A stretch of 63,414 nucleotides of DNA, filler included, from Octopus bimaculoides (lineage: Eukaryota), in NCBI RefSeq assembly GCF_001194135.2. It is 4 parts of 3 records of this genome, joined end to end, with 100 filler letters (N's around TTAATTAATTAA, not from the genome) between each part and the next. Parts side by side here need not be neighbours in the genome. Positions count along the whole stretch, not along the records: positions 28,025 to 55,578 come from NC_068986.1; positions 55,679 to 60,085 come from NC_068994.1; positions 60,186 to 63,414 come from NC_068986.1; 1 more part is not named here. One strand, given 5' to 3'. The notes beneath the pieces are model-generated. The model was not told the origin of the DNA and did not search any database. It saw only the letters and a program-made list of their open reading frames with translations. Shown here one piece after another: positions 52,900 through 63,414 of this stretch. Each line of letters begins with the position of its first letter. Within the stretch, counting starts at the first letter, position 1. The translations under genes were made by a program, and so were the position numbers.

Positions 52900-54850
52900 A
52901 TGATACAATTAGAGAGAGAGTTAGCCTAGATGAGATGCAGTTTGGCTTTGTGCCAGGGAGAAGCACCAATGATGCTATATTTCTGATAAAACAGCTGCAG
53001 GAGAAATACCTAACCAATGATAAACCTCTGTACTTGGCCTTTGTTGACTTGGACAAAGCCTTTGACAGGGTCCCTCAATCCCTTATCTGGTGGAAATGTG
53101 GAAACTAGGGAGAGGTGTGGTTGGTGAGAGCTGTATAAGCCATGTACAGGGGTGCTATCAGTAGGGTGAGGGTTGGCAATGAGTCCAGCAAAGAATTCAG
53201 GGTACAAGTAGGGGTTCACCAAGGATCAGTGCTCAGCCCCCTCTTGTTCATCATAGTCCTCCAGATAATAACAGAAGAATTCAAGACAAGCTGCCCCTAG
53301 GAGCTCCTCTATGCTGGTGACCGTGCTCTTATAGCTGAATCTCTACCAGAACTAGAGAAGAAGTTTCAGGTATGGAAGCAAGATCTAGAATTGAAGGGCC
53401 TTAGAGTTAACCTAGCAAAAACCAAAGTCTTAGTAAGTAGGAAGGCAGACAAATCACAGACCCCTTCAGGTAAATGACCCAGTTCAATCTGTAGAAAAGG
53501 GCATAGGTAGAAACTCCATAAGATGTACTCAGTGTAAGCTCTGGACACATAAAAGGTACAGCAATATCAGAGGAAGGTTAACAAGAAAACTAACTTTTGT
53601 ATGTTAAAGGTACAATAAGCGCTGAAAATGTGCATAAAATAGACGCTAGGGGTAGTAGATAGTGTCCGTTATCTAGATGACCAAGTTAGTAGTGGAGCGG
53701 GGTGCTCCGAGAGCATAGCTGTGAGAATAAGATTAGGCTGGGCAAAGTTCAGAGAGCATCTGCCTCTGCTAGCAACAAAGTGCCTCTCTCTCAGAGTGAA
53801 AGGCAGATTGTATGATGCCTGTGTGCGAGCAGCTGTGCTACATAGCAGTGAAACCTGGGTTGTGACAGCTGAGGACATGCATAGGCTTGAAAGAAATGAA
53901 GCCAGTATGCTTTGCTGGATGTGCAATGTCAGTGTGCATGTTTGACAGAGTGTAAACATCTTGAGAGAAAAGTTAGGCATAAGAGGAATCAGATGCGGTA
54001 TACAAGAGAGACAACTGCACTGGTATAGTCATGTGATGTGTATGGATGAGGGCAGCTGTGTAAAGAAGTGCTAATCTTTAACCTGTTAGACCCAGGAAGA
54101 CATGGGTGAAGTGGTGAAGCATGATCTTCAAACTTTGAGTTTCACAGAGGAAATGACTAGTAACCGAGACCTTTGGTAATATGTTGTGCTTAAGAAGACC
54201 CATCAAGCCAAGTCAAATTGTAGTCATGATTGATGCTGGTGTCATAAAACTGGCATCCATGTTGGTGGTGCATAAAGGGCAGAGGTAAAATGGCTGAATT
54301 CCTCTCAAGTGTTGGGCCTCACAGAAGCAATGATTGAGACCTTTGGCATTATGTCATGCTTGAGAGGAAGACCCATCAAGCCAAGAAAAATCAGTCATGC
54401 CAGATACCAGTGGAGATAAAGCACTATTACACTCTTGGAGCAGTTGGCATTAGGAAGGGTTTCCAGCCACAGATAACCATGCCAAATCAGACTGGAGTCT
54501 GGTGTAGCCTTCCAGCTTACCAGCCGTGGTCAGTTCTTTTCGAGTGTTGGGCCTCACAAGGCACTGACTGAGACCTTTGGCATTTGTTTTGCTTGAGAGG
54601 AAGACCCATGAAGCCGAACAAAATCACAGTCATGGCAGATACTGGTGTTACACAAATGGCACTTGTGCCAGTGGAACGTTAAAGCACCCATTACACTCTC
54701 AGAGTGGTTGGTGTTAGGAAGGGCATCCAGCTGTAGAAAACCATGCCAAATCAGACTGGAGTCTGGTGCAGCCTTCCAGCTTACCAGGCCTGGTCAAACT
54801 GTCCAACCCATGCCAGCATGGACAATGGACGTTAAATGATGATGATTATG
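52900..54850 (+). mobile_element. 5'-truncated RTE LINE (RT, C-terminus, 3' UTR, (GAT)n tail), with stops and frameshifts
   Basis: LDEMQFGFVPGRSTNDAIFLIKQLQEKY...AFVDLDKAFDRVP, VGVHQGSVLSPLLFIIVL, ELLYAGD (decayed YADD) and RIRLGWAKFREHLPLL. Confidence 0.92.
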
Positions 54851-54980
54851 AGATGGCGGTGACATTGACTGGACCATTGTAATAATCTCACTTAAAAACA
54901 ATATGATATTCAGCAACCTCATCATCATCACCATCATATGTATGTATATGTGTCTATATATATATATATATATATAAACA

Positions 54981-55215
54981 CTTGCAGTGTGGAAGGTGTT
55001 TATAAGTCATTTAAGAAACATACAAAAACCATTAGATTCACTTCAACATTTAAATTTAATTTGCTAAAATATTTTCATCACTTTGAGACCGCGACCTGTT
55101 CACTGACAAAATTCTATGCTGCATCTCCATGTTTCTTAAATTTCTAAATGGCTTATAAATACCTTCTACGCTGCAATTGTTTTCGTTCCAGCACACGATC
55201 TCAGATCAGGTCACT
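54981..55215 (-). mobile_element. Short element with inverted arms enclosing a hammerhead-like motif
   Basis: TTGCAGTGTGGAAGGTGTTTATAAGTCATTTA (about 54982) is inverted-complementary to TAAATGGCTTATAAATACCTTCTACGCTGCAA (about 55145-55176). A small hairpin ACTTGC-TAT-GCAAGT lies at about 55213-55227. Confidence 0.6.
55058..55110 (-). ncRNA. Candidate hammerhead ribozyme with G3:C8 core variant
   Basis: Minus strand UUUGUCA-GUGAACA-G-GUCGC-ggucucaaa-GUGAU-GAAA-AUAUU-U-UAGCAAA. Helix II has 5 bp including two GU pairs, helix III is the palindrome AAUAUU, and helix I has 6 of 7 pairs. Confidence 0.5.
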
Positions 55216-56149
55216 TGCTATGCAAGTACATTTCCCTATATATATATATATATATATAATAAAGTAAAGTTGAGGAATACCGTACGAGTGGAAATATATA
55301 TGAAAGAAGGTTTGAAAATGCACTTATTTTAAAAATATTTATTTACTTAACCGGTTTCACTTTTTTAGAAAAAGATTATCAAAAGTCTTTGAGAATAATA
55401 AAAAATGTTAAAAAACAGTTTGAGTATCAAAATGCATATATACATTTTTTTATGATAAAATATATTTAAAGTATAAAGCTTTGTATGAACTTTGTAATGT
55501 TACATACTGATTATCACACATTCTCTGATAATAAGATGAAAATGTTAAAAACAGTGTATGAAAATACATATATGGAAANNNNNNNNNNNNNNNNNNNNNN
55601 NNNNNNNNNNNNNNNNNNNNNNTTAATTAATTAANNNNNNNNNNNNNNNNNNNNNNNNNNNNNNNNNNNNNNNNNNNNAAAAGGTCCGGAGTGGATGCTG
55701 AGACAGGGCGGTGTAAAAAAAAGAGTTTTCAAAACATTTTTCATACGAAGATCCCCCTCCCCCCACCTAAAAAAAAAATCCCATCATTTCGAAGGCCGTG
55801 GTTTAATAAAAAATGGAGAAAATCTTGAAACAATTTTCCCAACAAATTTCTTTATAATCGTAATCTATGCCGTTTGATTGTGTGAATTTTCCGAGATTCC
55901 TCTCTCCATCCCCTCGGAAAAATTCTGTCCTATAAACCCCTATATACACTGCAGCCACAACATCTAAGCGGTATTTGTAGAAAATTTTCCAAGAAAAGTA
56001 TCCATTTTTCTGGATGTTGTGAGGCAACAAATTCGGGGGTGTATACATCTGTAGTAATGCCCTTTTATTTATACGATTTTTTCATTTCATGTTTATTTCA
56101 ATTGAAATAAACATGAAATTGAAATGTAATCGATAGGTAGGACTACATA

Positions 56150-56770
56150 CTTTAGTATTTAGTTGACATTCCCTTTGCAGTTTTTAATTCAGAAACTCTT
56201 TTTTTTCGCATTGAACTGATGAGCTTTGTGATTGTCTCTTGTGAAATTTCTGCCCACTTTTCACGCATTAGGTTTCTGTCGAGTTTTTCATACGGCTCTG
56301 TCTAGTATGCTCCAAAAATTTTCAATTGGGTTCATGTCAGGAGATTGGCTCGGCCAAGGAAGCTTTTTGATCCCATTTTCGGTTGATTGCATTGTAGAAT
56401 ACTNNNNNNNNNNTTGGCTCGGCCAAGGAAGCTTTTTGATCCCATTTTCGGTTGATTGCATTGTAGAATACTTTTCGCTGGGTGGCATGGAACCCCATCT
56501 TCCACGAATAAAAACTCATTTTTCGTTTATGTCATCGTGTGTATACATCGGAAGTAGTCCTTGCTTAAGTATTTCGATGTATTTTTCAGAGTTTATGTTT
56601 CCAACACATTCGATCAGCTCAGAACGACCATTGCTGGAGACAACTCTCCATACCATTATAGAGATACTGTCATGTTTCACAGTTGGTTGGAGTCGTTTCA
56701 CATCATATTCTTGATTGGGAAGCCTCCAGACCCAAAACACGTCCACTGGTAGCACTTGCATGTTTGCGAG
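56150..56770 (-). mobile_element. Tc1 (DD34E) transposase fragment
   Basis: LQPTVKHDSISIMVWRVVSSNGRSELIECVGNINSEKYIEIL and LPWPSQSPDMNPIENFWSILDRAV (WPSQSPDLNPIE motif). Confidence 0.9.
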
Positions 56771-57605
56771 TTGTTTGCAAGACATATACGACAGGCTCCT
56801 TTCAGTTTCCCGCTACCAAGTGTCTTCTACTATAGCCAGAGGCTACAGTAGAAGACACTTACCTGAGGTGCTACGCAGTGGAATTGAACCCGGAATCATG
56901 TGGTTGGGAAGCAAGCTTCTTACCATACAGCCACTCCTCTGCCTATAGGAAACTTTTCTGGAGAAGTTAGCTCATTGGTGAGCGCTGTGTCTGTGTGTTC
57001 GACGCTTAGCTGGAGATGTTGCAAGGCGTGCGGGTGTGCAAAATGTGTGTGTACCTGTGTTTGTCTGTGTGCGTGTGCGTATGTATGTATGTCTATGTGT
57101 GCTTGTGACAGCGTATGTGCATGTGTGTGTGCCTGTGTGTCTGCGTGTGCGTGAGTGCGTGCGTGTGTTTATGTGTATACTTGTGTGTGCTTGGGGGTGT
57201 GTGCGTGCGTATGCGTATGTACTGGTGTCTGCGTGTGTGCATGTGTGTGTGCTTGTGTGTGTGTGCTTGCGTGTGATTGTGTGTGTATGAGTGTGTGCGT
57301 GTGTGTGTGTGCGTGTTTATGTATATGCTTGTGTGTGCTTGTGTGTGCTTGTGTATGCGTGTGTATTNNNNNNNNNNNNNNNNNNNNNNNNNNNNNNNNN
57401 NNNNNNNNNNNNNNNNNNNNNNNNNNNNNNNNNNNNNNNNNNNNNNNNNNNNNNNNNNNNNNNNNNNNNNNNNNNNNNNNNNNNNNNNNNNNNNNNNNNN
57501 NNNNNNNNNNNNNNNNNNNNNNNNNNNNNNNNNNNNNNNNNNNNNNNNNNNNNNNNNNNNNNNNNNNNNNNNNNNNNNNNNNNNNNNNNNNNNNNNNNNN
57601 NNNNN

Positions 57606-57641
<36 letters not shown>

Positions 57642-58187
57642 ATTTTGAAACCGCGATGTGTCTGTGTGTCCGAACTGCGATTTTAATGTAAAGATGTTAC
57701 TCTCAGCACGCGACGGTGTGTGGACGTGTGTGCCATTGCGAGCGCGTGAATGCGCGTGTTATGTTTCACTTGTTTCAAGCCATTAGACTGCGGCCATGCT
57801 GGGGCACCGCCTTGACGGGTTCGAGCGAACAAATCGATCTCAGTACTTGTATCTCTAAATTCTGGTACTTACTTTAATGGGACTCCTTTTGCCGCAACGC
57901 CAGAAAACGGGACGTAAACAAACCAACATCGTTTGTCATATGGTAGGGATGAGACTACAAAGATACACACACACTTACACATGCACACGAACACACAAAT
58001 ACACACTCACACACACACATATATGAATCGATATTTTTATTCTTTTATGTATATCTGCCCAAAGGTTGTGGCCTTGCTGGGGCAATGACAGTGTCATCAC
58101 CACGTCGGAGATCTTGGACGCAGATCAAGGCGCTTCTTGAAAACATCTACCCCCAACTCCATGTAGATCCCGCAGATTTTTGGCGAA

Positions 58188-58365
58188 GGCGCAGGCGTGG
58201 CTGTGTGGTAAAGAAGCTTGCTTCCTAACCGCATAGCTCCGAGTTCAGTCCCACTGCGTGGCACCTTGGCCAAGTGACTTCTTCTATAGCCTCAAGCCGA
58301 CCAAAGCCTTGTGAGTGGATTTGGTAGACGGAAACTGGAAGAAGCTCGTCGTATATATGTATACA

Positions 58366-58405
<40 letters not shown>

Positions 58406-59225
58406 NNNNNNNNNNNNNNNNNNNNNNNNNNNNNNNNNNNNNNNNNNNNNNNNNNNNNNNNNNNNNNNNNNNNNNNNNNNNNNNNNNNNNNNNNNNNNNN
58501 NNNNNNNNNNNNNNNNNNNNNNNNNNNNNNNNNNNNNNNNNNNNNNNNNNNNNNNNNNNNNNNNNNNNNNNNNNNNNNNNNNNNNNNNNNNNNNNNNNNN
58601 NNNNNNNNNNNNNNNNNNNNNNNNNNNNNNNNNNNNNNNNNNNNNNNNNNNNNNNNNNNNNNNNNNNNNNNNNNNNNNNNNNNNNNNNNNNNNNNNNNNN
58701 NNNNNNNNNNNNNNNNNNNNNNNNNNNNNNNNNNNNNNNNNNNNNNNNNNNNNNNNNNNNNNNNNNNNNNNNNNNNNNNNNNNNNNNNNNNNNNNNNNNN
58801 NNNNNNNNNNNNNNNNNNNNNNNNNNNNNNNNNNNNNNNNNNNNNNNNNNNNNNNNNNNNNNNNNNNNNNNNNNNNNNNNNNNNNNNNNNNNNNNNNNNN
58901 NNNNNNNNNNNNNNNNNNNNNNNNNNNNNNNNNNNNNNNNNNNNNNNNNNNNNNNNNNNNNNNNNNNNNNNNNNNNNNNNNNNNNNTATGTATGTATGTA
59001 TGTATGTGTGTGTATATGTTTGAGTGTCTGTGTTTGTCCCCCAACATCGCTTGACAACCGATGGTAGTGTGTTTACGTCCCCGTAACTTAGCGGTTCGAC
59101 AAAAGAAACCGATAGAATAAGTACTAGGCTTACAAAGAATAAGTCCTGGGGTCGATTTGCTCGACTAAAGGCGGTGCTCCAGCATGGCCGCAGTCAAATA
59201 ACTAAAACAAATAAAAGAGTAAGAG
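58188..59225 (+). mobile_element. Family-A SINE, CpG-rich copy, with its central microsatellite spanning an N gap
   Basis: The head GGCGCAGGCGTGGCTGTGTGGT lies before the gap. The 3' half GTCCCCGTAACTTAGCGGTTCG...GGCGGTGCTCCAGCATGGCCGCAGTC lies after it. Confidence 0.8.
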
Positions 59226-59583
59226 TAAAGAGCATATATAATTGAGTCACAAGGCACTGGCCGGCACGCGGGTATCTCTTAATTGTTTTAGGCGTTAGAC
59301 TGCGACCATGCCTTGAAGAGTTTAAGTCGAACGAATCGTACCTAGAGCTATCTTTTAAAAGTCTGGTTCTTTTCTGTCAGCTTCTTATGCCGAACCGCTA
59401 GGTTACAGGGACAAACGGTGGTGGTTAGGACAAACATACAAAAGCACACAGACAGACAGACACACACACAAACGTGGGATTCTTTTAGTTTCCATCTACG
59501 AAAGTTCATCGGAACCATGTGGTTGGAAAGGAAACTTCTTAATACACAGCTACATCTGCGATCGTAGTTACGCCTACTCCAAA

Positions 59584-59616
<33 letters not shown>

Positions 59617-60021
59617 TGTATGTATGTAGATAGATAGATAGATAGATAGATAGATTGATAGATAGATAGATGGATAGATAGATGGATAGATAGACAGATA
59701 GATGGATGGATGGATAGAAAGAGAGAGAGAGAGAGAGAGAGGTGGGATAATTATATAGAGAAAGAGACGGACAGATAGATTGATATGTGTGCGCGCGTGT
59801 GCAAAAATGTGCGTGTGTGTGTTTGTATATTATTGAATGTGTGCACGTGCCTCTGTATATATACACATGTGCTTCTTATTCACTCTGAATTGTCTGTGTA
59901 CCAGACCTGTTATATCCGTTTAAAGATATTTTAACGGTGTCTGTATACATACATACATACATACATGCATGCATACATACATACCTACCTACATGCATAC
60001 ATACATACATACATACATACA

Positions 60022-60057
<36 letters not shown>

Positions 60058-60185
60058 TATACATACATACATATATATATATATANNNNNNNNNNNNNNN
60101 NNNNNNNNNNNNNNNNNNNNNNNNNNNNNTTAATTAATTAANNNNNNNNNNNNNNNNNNNNNNNNNNNNNNNNNNNNNNNNNNNN

Positions 60186-60216
<31 letters not shown>

Positions 60217-61206
60217 ACAGGCTAGGTGTAGGTTGGAGTATATATATAACCCAATGACCACCCACAACTAATATTTCCCTAATCTCAATTATTACATTTA
60301 TAGTTATTTATTACTTGACTTTATTGCACCCTGCCTCTACTCTTTTTCTTTTCCGTCTTCTCTCCCTGCCATTTTGCCTTCTCGTTCGTTTCTTTTCTAA
60401 ACATTCTACCACCATCATCACCACTGCCACTTCCAAATTCAACCGTACATTGCTATAAGGAAGATCTTTTGGAGTTGACACCTCCGTTTCAATCTTTGAC
60501 TCCTGACAAATTCCCCTTGAAAAGACCCGCCTGATAGATATCACGGCTCCTCAAATATATCCTTACTAAATACACATACGCACACGCACACACATACACT
60601 CTCTCTTTCTCTCTCTATTTATCTATTTCTATCTCCCTCTCTCTCTCTCTCTCTCGCTCACACACTCACACGCACACACACACATACATATACACACGCA
60701 TACACACACACCTAGTGTCAGAGTTCATTAGCTGAAATATAACAGGCAACCACTGAGAAAAATCTAAGGCTCCAGGTCAAACTCAACAGGTCACTTCAAT
60801 TATATCAGTTAAGTGTTCCTACTCTACTGCCATCAAATCGATTCAATTACCTTCCGTTGATAGATTGGCAGAATCGTTAGTGCGTCGGACAAAATGCCTT
60901 GTAGAATTCAGTTACAATTATACTTTTACGCTTTTAATCTTTTACTAGTTTTATGGCACTGGACGGACTATGGCAATGGTGCAGCATCGCCTTCAGGGTC
61001 GTTTCGTTGATCGAATTGACGTCTTAAACTTGTTATTAAGCCTGGTACTTATTCTACCGGTTTTTGTCGAGCCGCAAATTTAGAGGAGACGTAAACAAAC
61101 CAGCACCCGTTGTCGAGAGATGAAACACATACGCTCAAATTCTCACACACTTACATACACACACATTGATATATATATGATGTATACGTATATATATATA
61201 TGATGT

Positions 61207-61253
<47 letters not shown>

Positions 61254-62299
61254 NNNNNNNNNNNNNNNNNNNNNNNNNNNNNNNNNNNNNNNNNNNNNNN
61301 NNNNNNNNNNNNNNNNNNNNNNNNNNNNNNNNNNNNNNNNNNNNNNNNNNNNNNNNNNNNNNNNNNNNNNNNNNNNNNNNNNNNNNNNNNNNNNNNNNNN
61401 NNNNNNNNNNNNNNNNNNNNNNNNNNNNNNNNNNNNNNNNNNNNNNNNNNNNNNNNNNNNNNNNNNNNNNNNNNNNNNNNNNNNNNNNNNNNNNNNNNNN
61501 NNNNNNNNNNNNNNNNNNNNNNNNNNNNNNNNNNNNNNNNNNNNNNNNNNNNNNNNNNNNNNNNNNNNNNNNNNNNNNNNNNNNNNNNNNNNNNNNNNNN
61601 NNNNNNNNNNNNNNNNNNNNNNNNNNNNNNNNNNNNNNNNNNNNNNNNNNNNNNNNNNNNNNNNNNNNNNNNNNNNNNNNNNNNNNNNNNNNNNNNNNNN
61701 NNNNNNNNNNNNNNNNNNNNNNNNNNNNNNNNNNNNNNNNNNNNNNNNNNNNNNNNNNNNNNNNNNNNNNNNNNNNNNNNNNNNNNNNNNNNNNNNNNNN
61801 NNNNNNNNNNNNNNNNNNNNNNNNNNNNNNNNNNNNNNNNNNNNNNNNNNNNNNNNNNNNNNNNNNNNNNNNNNNNNNNNNNNNNNNNNNNNNNNNNNNN
61901 NNNNNNNNNNNNNNNNNNNNNNNNNNNNNNNNNNNNNNNNNNNNNNNNNNNNNNNNNNNNNNNNNNNNNNNNNNNNNNNNNNNNNNNNNNNNNNNNNNNN
62001 NNNNNNNNNNNNNNNNNNNNNNNNNNNNNNNNNNNNNNNNNNNNNNNNNNNNNNNNNNNNNNNNNNNNNNNNNNNNNNNNNNNNNNNNNNNNNNNNNNNN
62101 NNNNNNNNNNNNNNNNNNNNNNNNNNNNNNNNNNNNNNNNNNNNNNNNNNNNNNNNNNNNNNNNNNNNNNNNNNNNNNNNNNNNNNNNNNNNNNNNNNNN
62201 NNNNNNNNNNNNNNNNNNNNNNNNNNNNNNNNNNNNNNNNNNNNNNNNNNGTGTGTGTGTGTGTGTGTGTGTGTGCGTGTGTATGTGTGTGTGTGTGCA

Positions 62300-62610
62300 T
62301 ATGTCTTTTGATTGCCCTGCATGCTTTAGCAATGCAACTTATCTTGGTATAACCACCAGAAATCACGGATCATCATACAAACGCTCCACTGGCCTTGATA
62401 TTTTTCTTCTATTCACAAAATATCTGAGTCAAAATCTACATCTTAACCTTCGTTCTGCGTAACACAGCTTTCTGTGAAAATTGTCTGATGTGAATGAAAG
62501 GATTGTATTCTTGCATTCAACCTACGTCCATGCTTATGAAAGCTATCAATCATCATTTCAACAAGATATTAGTCAGAAATGATTTTGCATTTCAAAGACA
62601 GCATTTATAT
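62300..62610 (+). mobile_element. Possible very decayed Penelope GIY-YIG fragment
   Basis: FDCPACFSNATYLGITTRN resembles the F-C-x-C-N-A-x-Y-I-G-x-T-x-R GIY-YIG start. The downstream sequence is too degenerate to confirm. Confidence 0.3.
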
Positions 62611-62620
62611 TTCAAAATTG

Positions 62621-62780
<160 letters not shown>

Positions 62781-63106
62781 CACAAAGATTCAACTTCTTA
62801 CCAGACTTCTAAATCATCTTCAAGACATACTGAGCCTCAAGACCATATCTTATCAGTTCTTTCTAACTGTAGTCTAACTGAAATGTCAAACATAAATTTT
62901 GCTTCAGCTGCAGATGGCGATTTATAGCAAAGTTACTGTTCTCTGTCAATGTGCGTTTATGTATATATACATATATATGGTATATTCTGTTAAGAACGTA
63001 GTAGAGTACAATATATAGCTCGTCTACCTTCAGATTTACCCTGTGCTATCCAGTAGTAGTATTATATGTCCTGCCAGGTTTGCGTTTGGGCATCTGTCGT
63101 GTGTGA

Positions 63107-63296
63107 ATATATAATTGAAACAATTGGCGTAAACAAGAAGGAGTAAGGTTTGACCTTTATTTTTTAATCACTACAATTATTTCCACGCAACGTAGTTCTC
63201 CTGCACCATTGGAGAACTACGTTGCGTGGAAACAATTGTTGTGATTAAAAAATAAATGTCCAATCTTTCCCCTTCTTGTTGACTTTAATTTTTTCG

Positions 63297-63305
<9 letters not shown>
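63107..63305. repeat. Foldback inverted repeat with a 9-nt loop
   Basis: TTTATTTTTTAATCACTACAATTATTTCCACGCAACGTAGTTCTCC (63156-63201), loop TGCACCATT, then GGAGAACTACGTTGCGTGGAAACAATTGTTGTGATTAAAAAATAAA. The outer arms are imperfect. Confidence 0.9.
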
Positions 63306-63367
<62 letters not shown>

Positions 63368-63414
63368 ATAGATTGGTTATATAAGTCTATATACATTTAC
63401 ATGTATATATATAT

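Noticed and set aside
56340-56470. Duplicated segment in the Tc1 fragment; similar duplications at 8843-8995 and 3817-4165
   Set aside because: Each straddles an N gap, so these are likely scaffolding artefacts.
58085-58245. Short protein-like frame MTVSSPRRRSWTQIKALLENIYPQLHVDPADFW
   Set aside because: It is about 50 codons, runs into a SINE head, and has no identifiable homology.
10286-62462. Long ORFs of 200-420 aa in the ORF track, and HTHT/VCVC/YIYI ORFs
   Set aside because: They are composed of N-gap X residues or translated dinucleotide and tetranucleotide microsatellites.

Overview
This is eukaryotic, AT-rich, repeat-dense DNA with many N gaps. The microsatellite load, tRNA-derived SINE families and RTE LINE tails look like an Octopus draft assembly (inference). 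The only host gene I can support is the 3' end of a DNMBP/Tuba-family (DH-BAR-SH3-SH3) gene on the + strand. Three exons (34494-34698, 37031-37266, 43708-43899) splice in frame with GT-AG sites and encode the last two SH3 domains and the stop. I could not identify its upstream DH/BAR exons. The rest is intronic or intergenic and holds decayed mariner, maT and Tc1 transposases, R4/Dong-type RLE LINEs, RTE LINEs, Penelope GIY-YIG remnants, MITEs, a Helitron-like element and dozens of SINEs. The most notable unexplained signal is a set of minimal type I hammerhead-ribozyme-like motifs in three unrelated short repeat families. These are a canonical CUGAUGA copy at 16671-16733, a head-to-head double copy forming a foldback at about 38878-39066, a tRNA-headed element with a hammerhead at 26826-26871, and a G3:C8 core-variant candidate at 55058-55110 (minus strand). 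A decayed motif also lies next to a Penelope ORF. There are no rRNA, true tRNA or CRISPR features. Most entries in the ORF track are artefacts of N gaps or microsatellites. Repeat boundaries are approximate and all alignments were done by eye.
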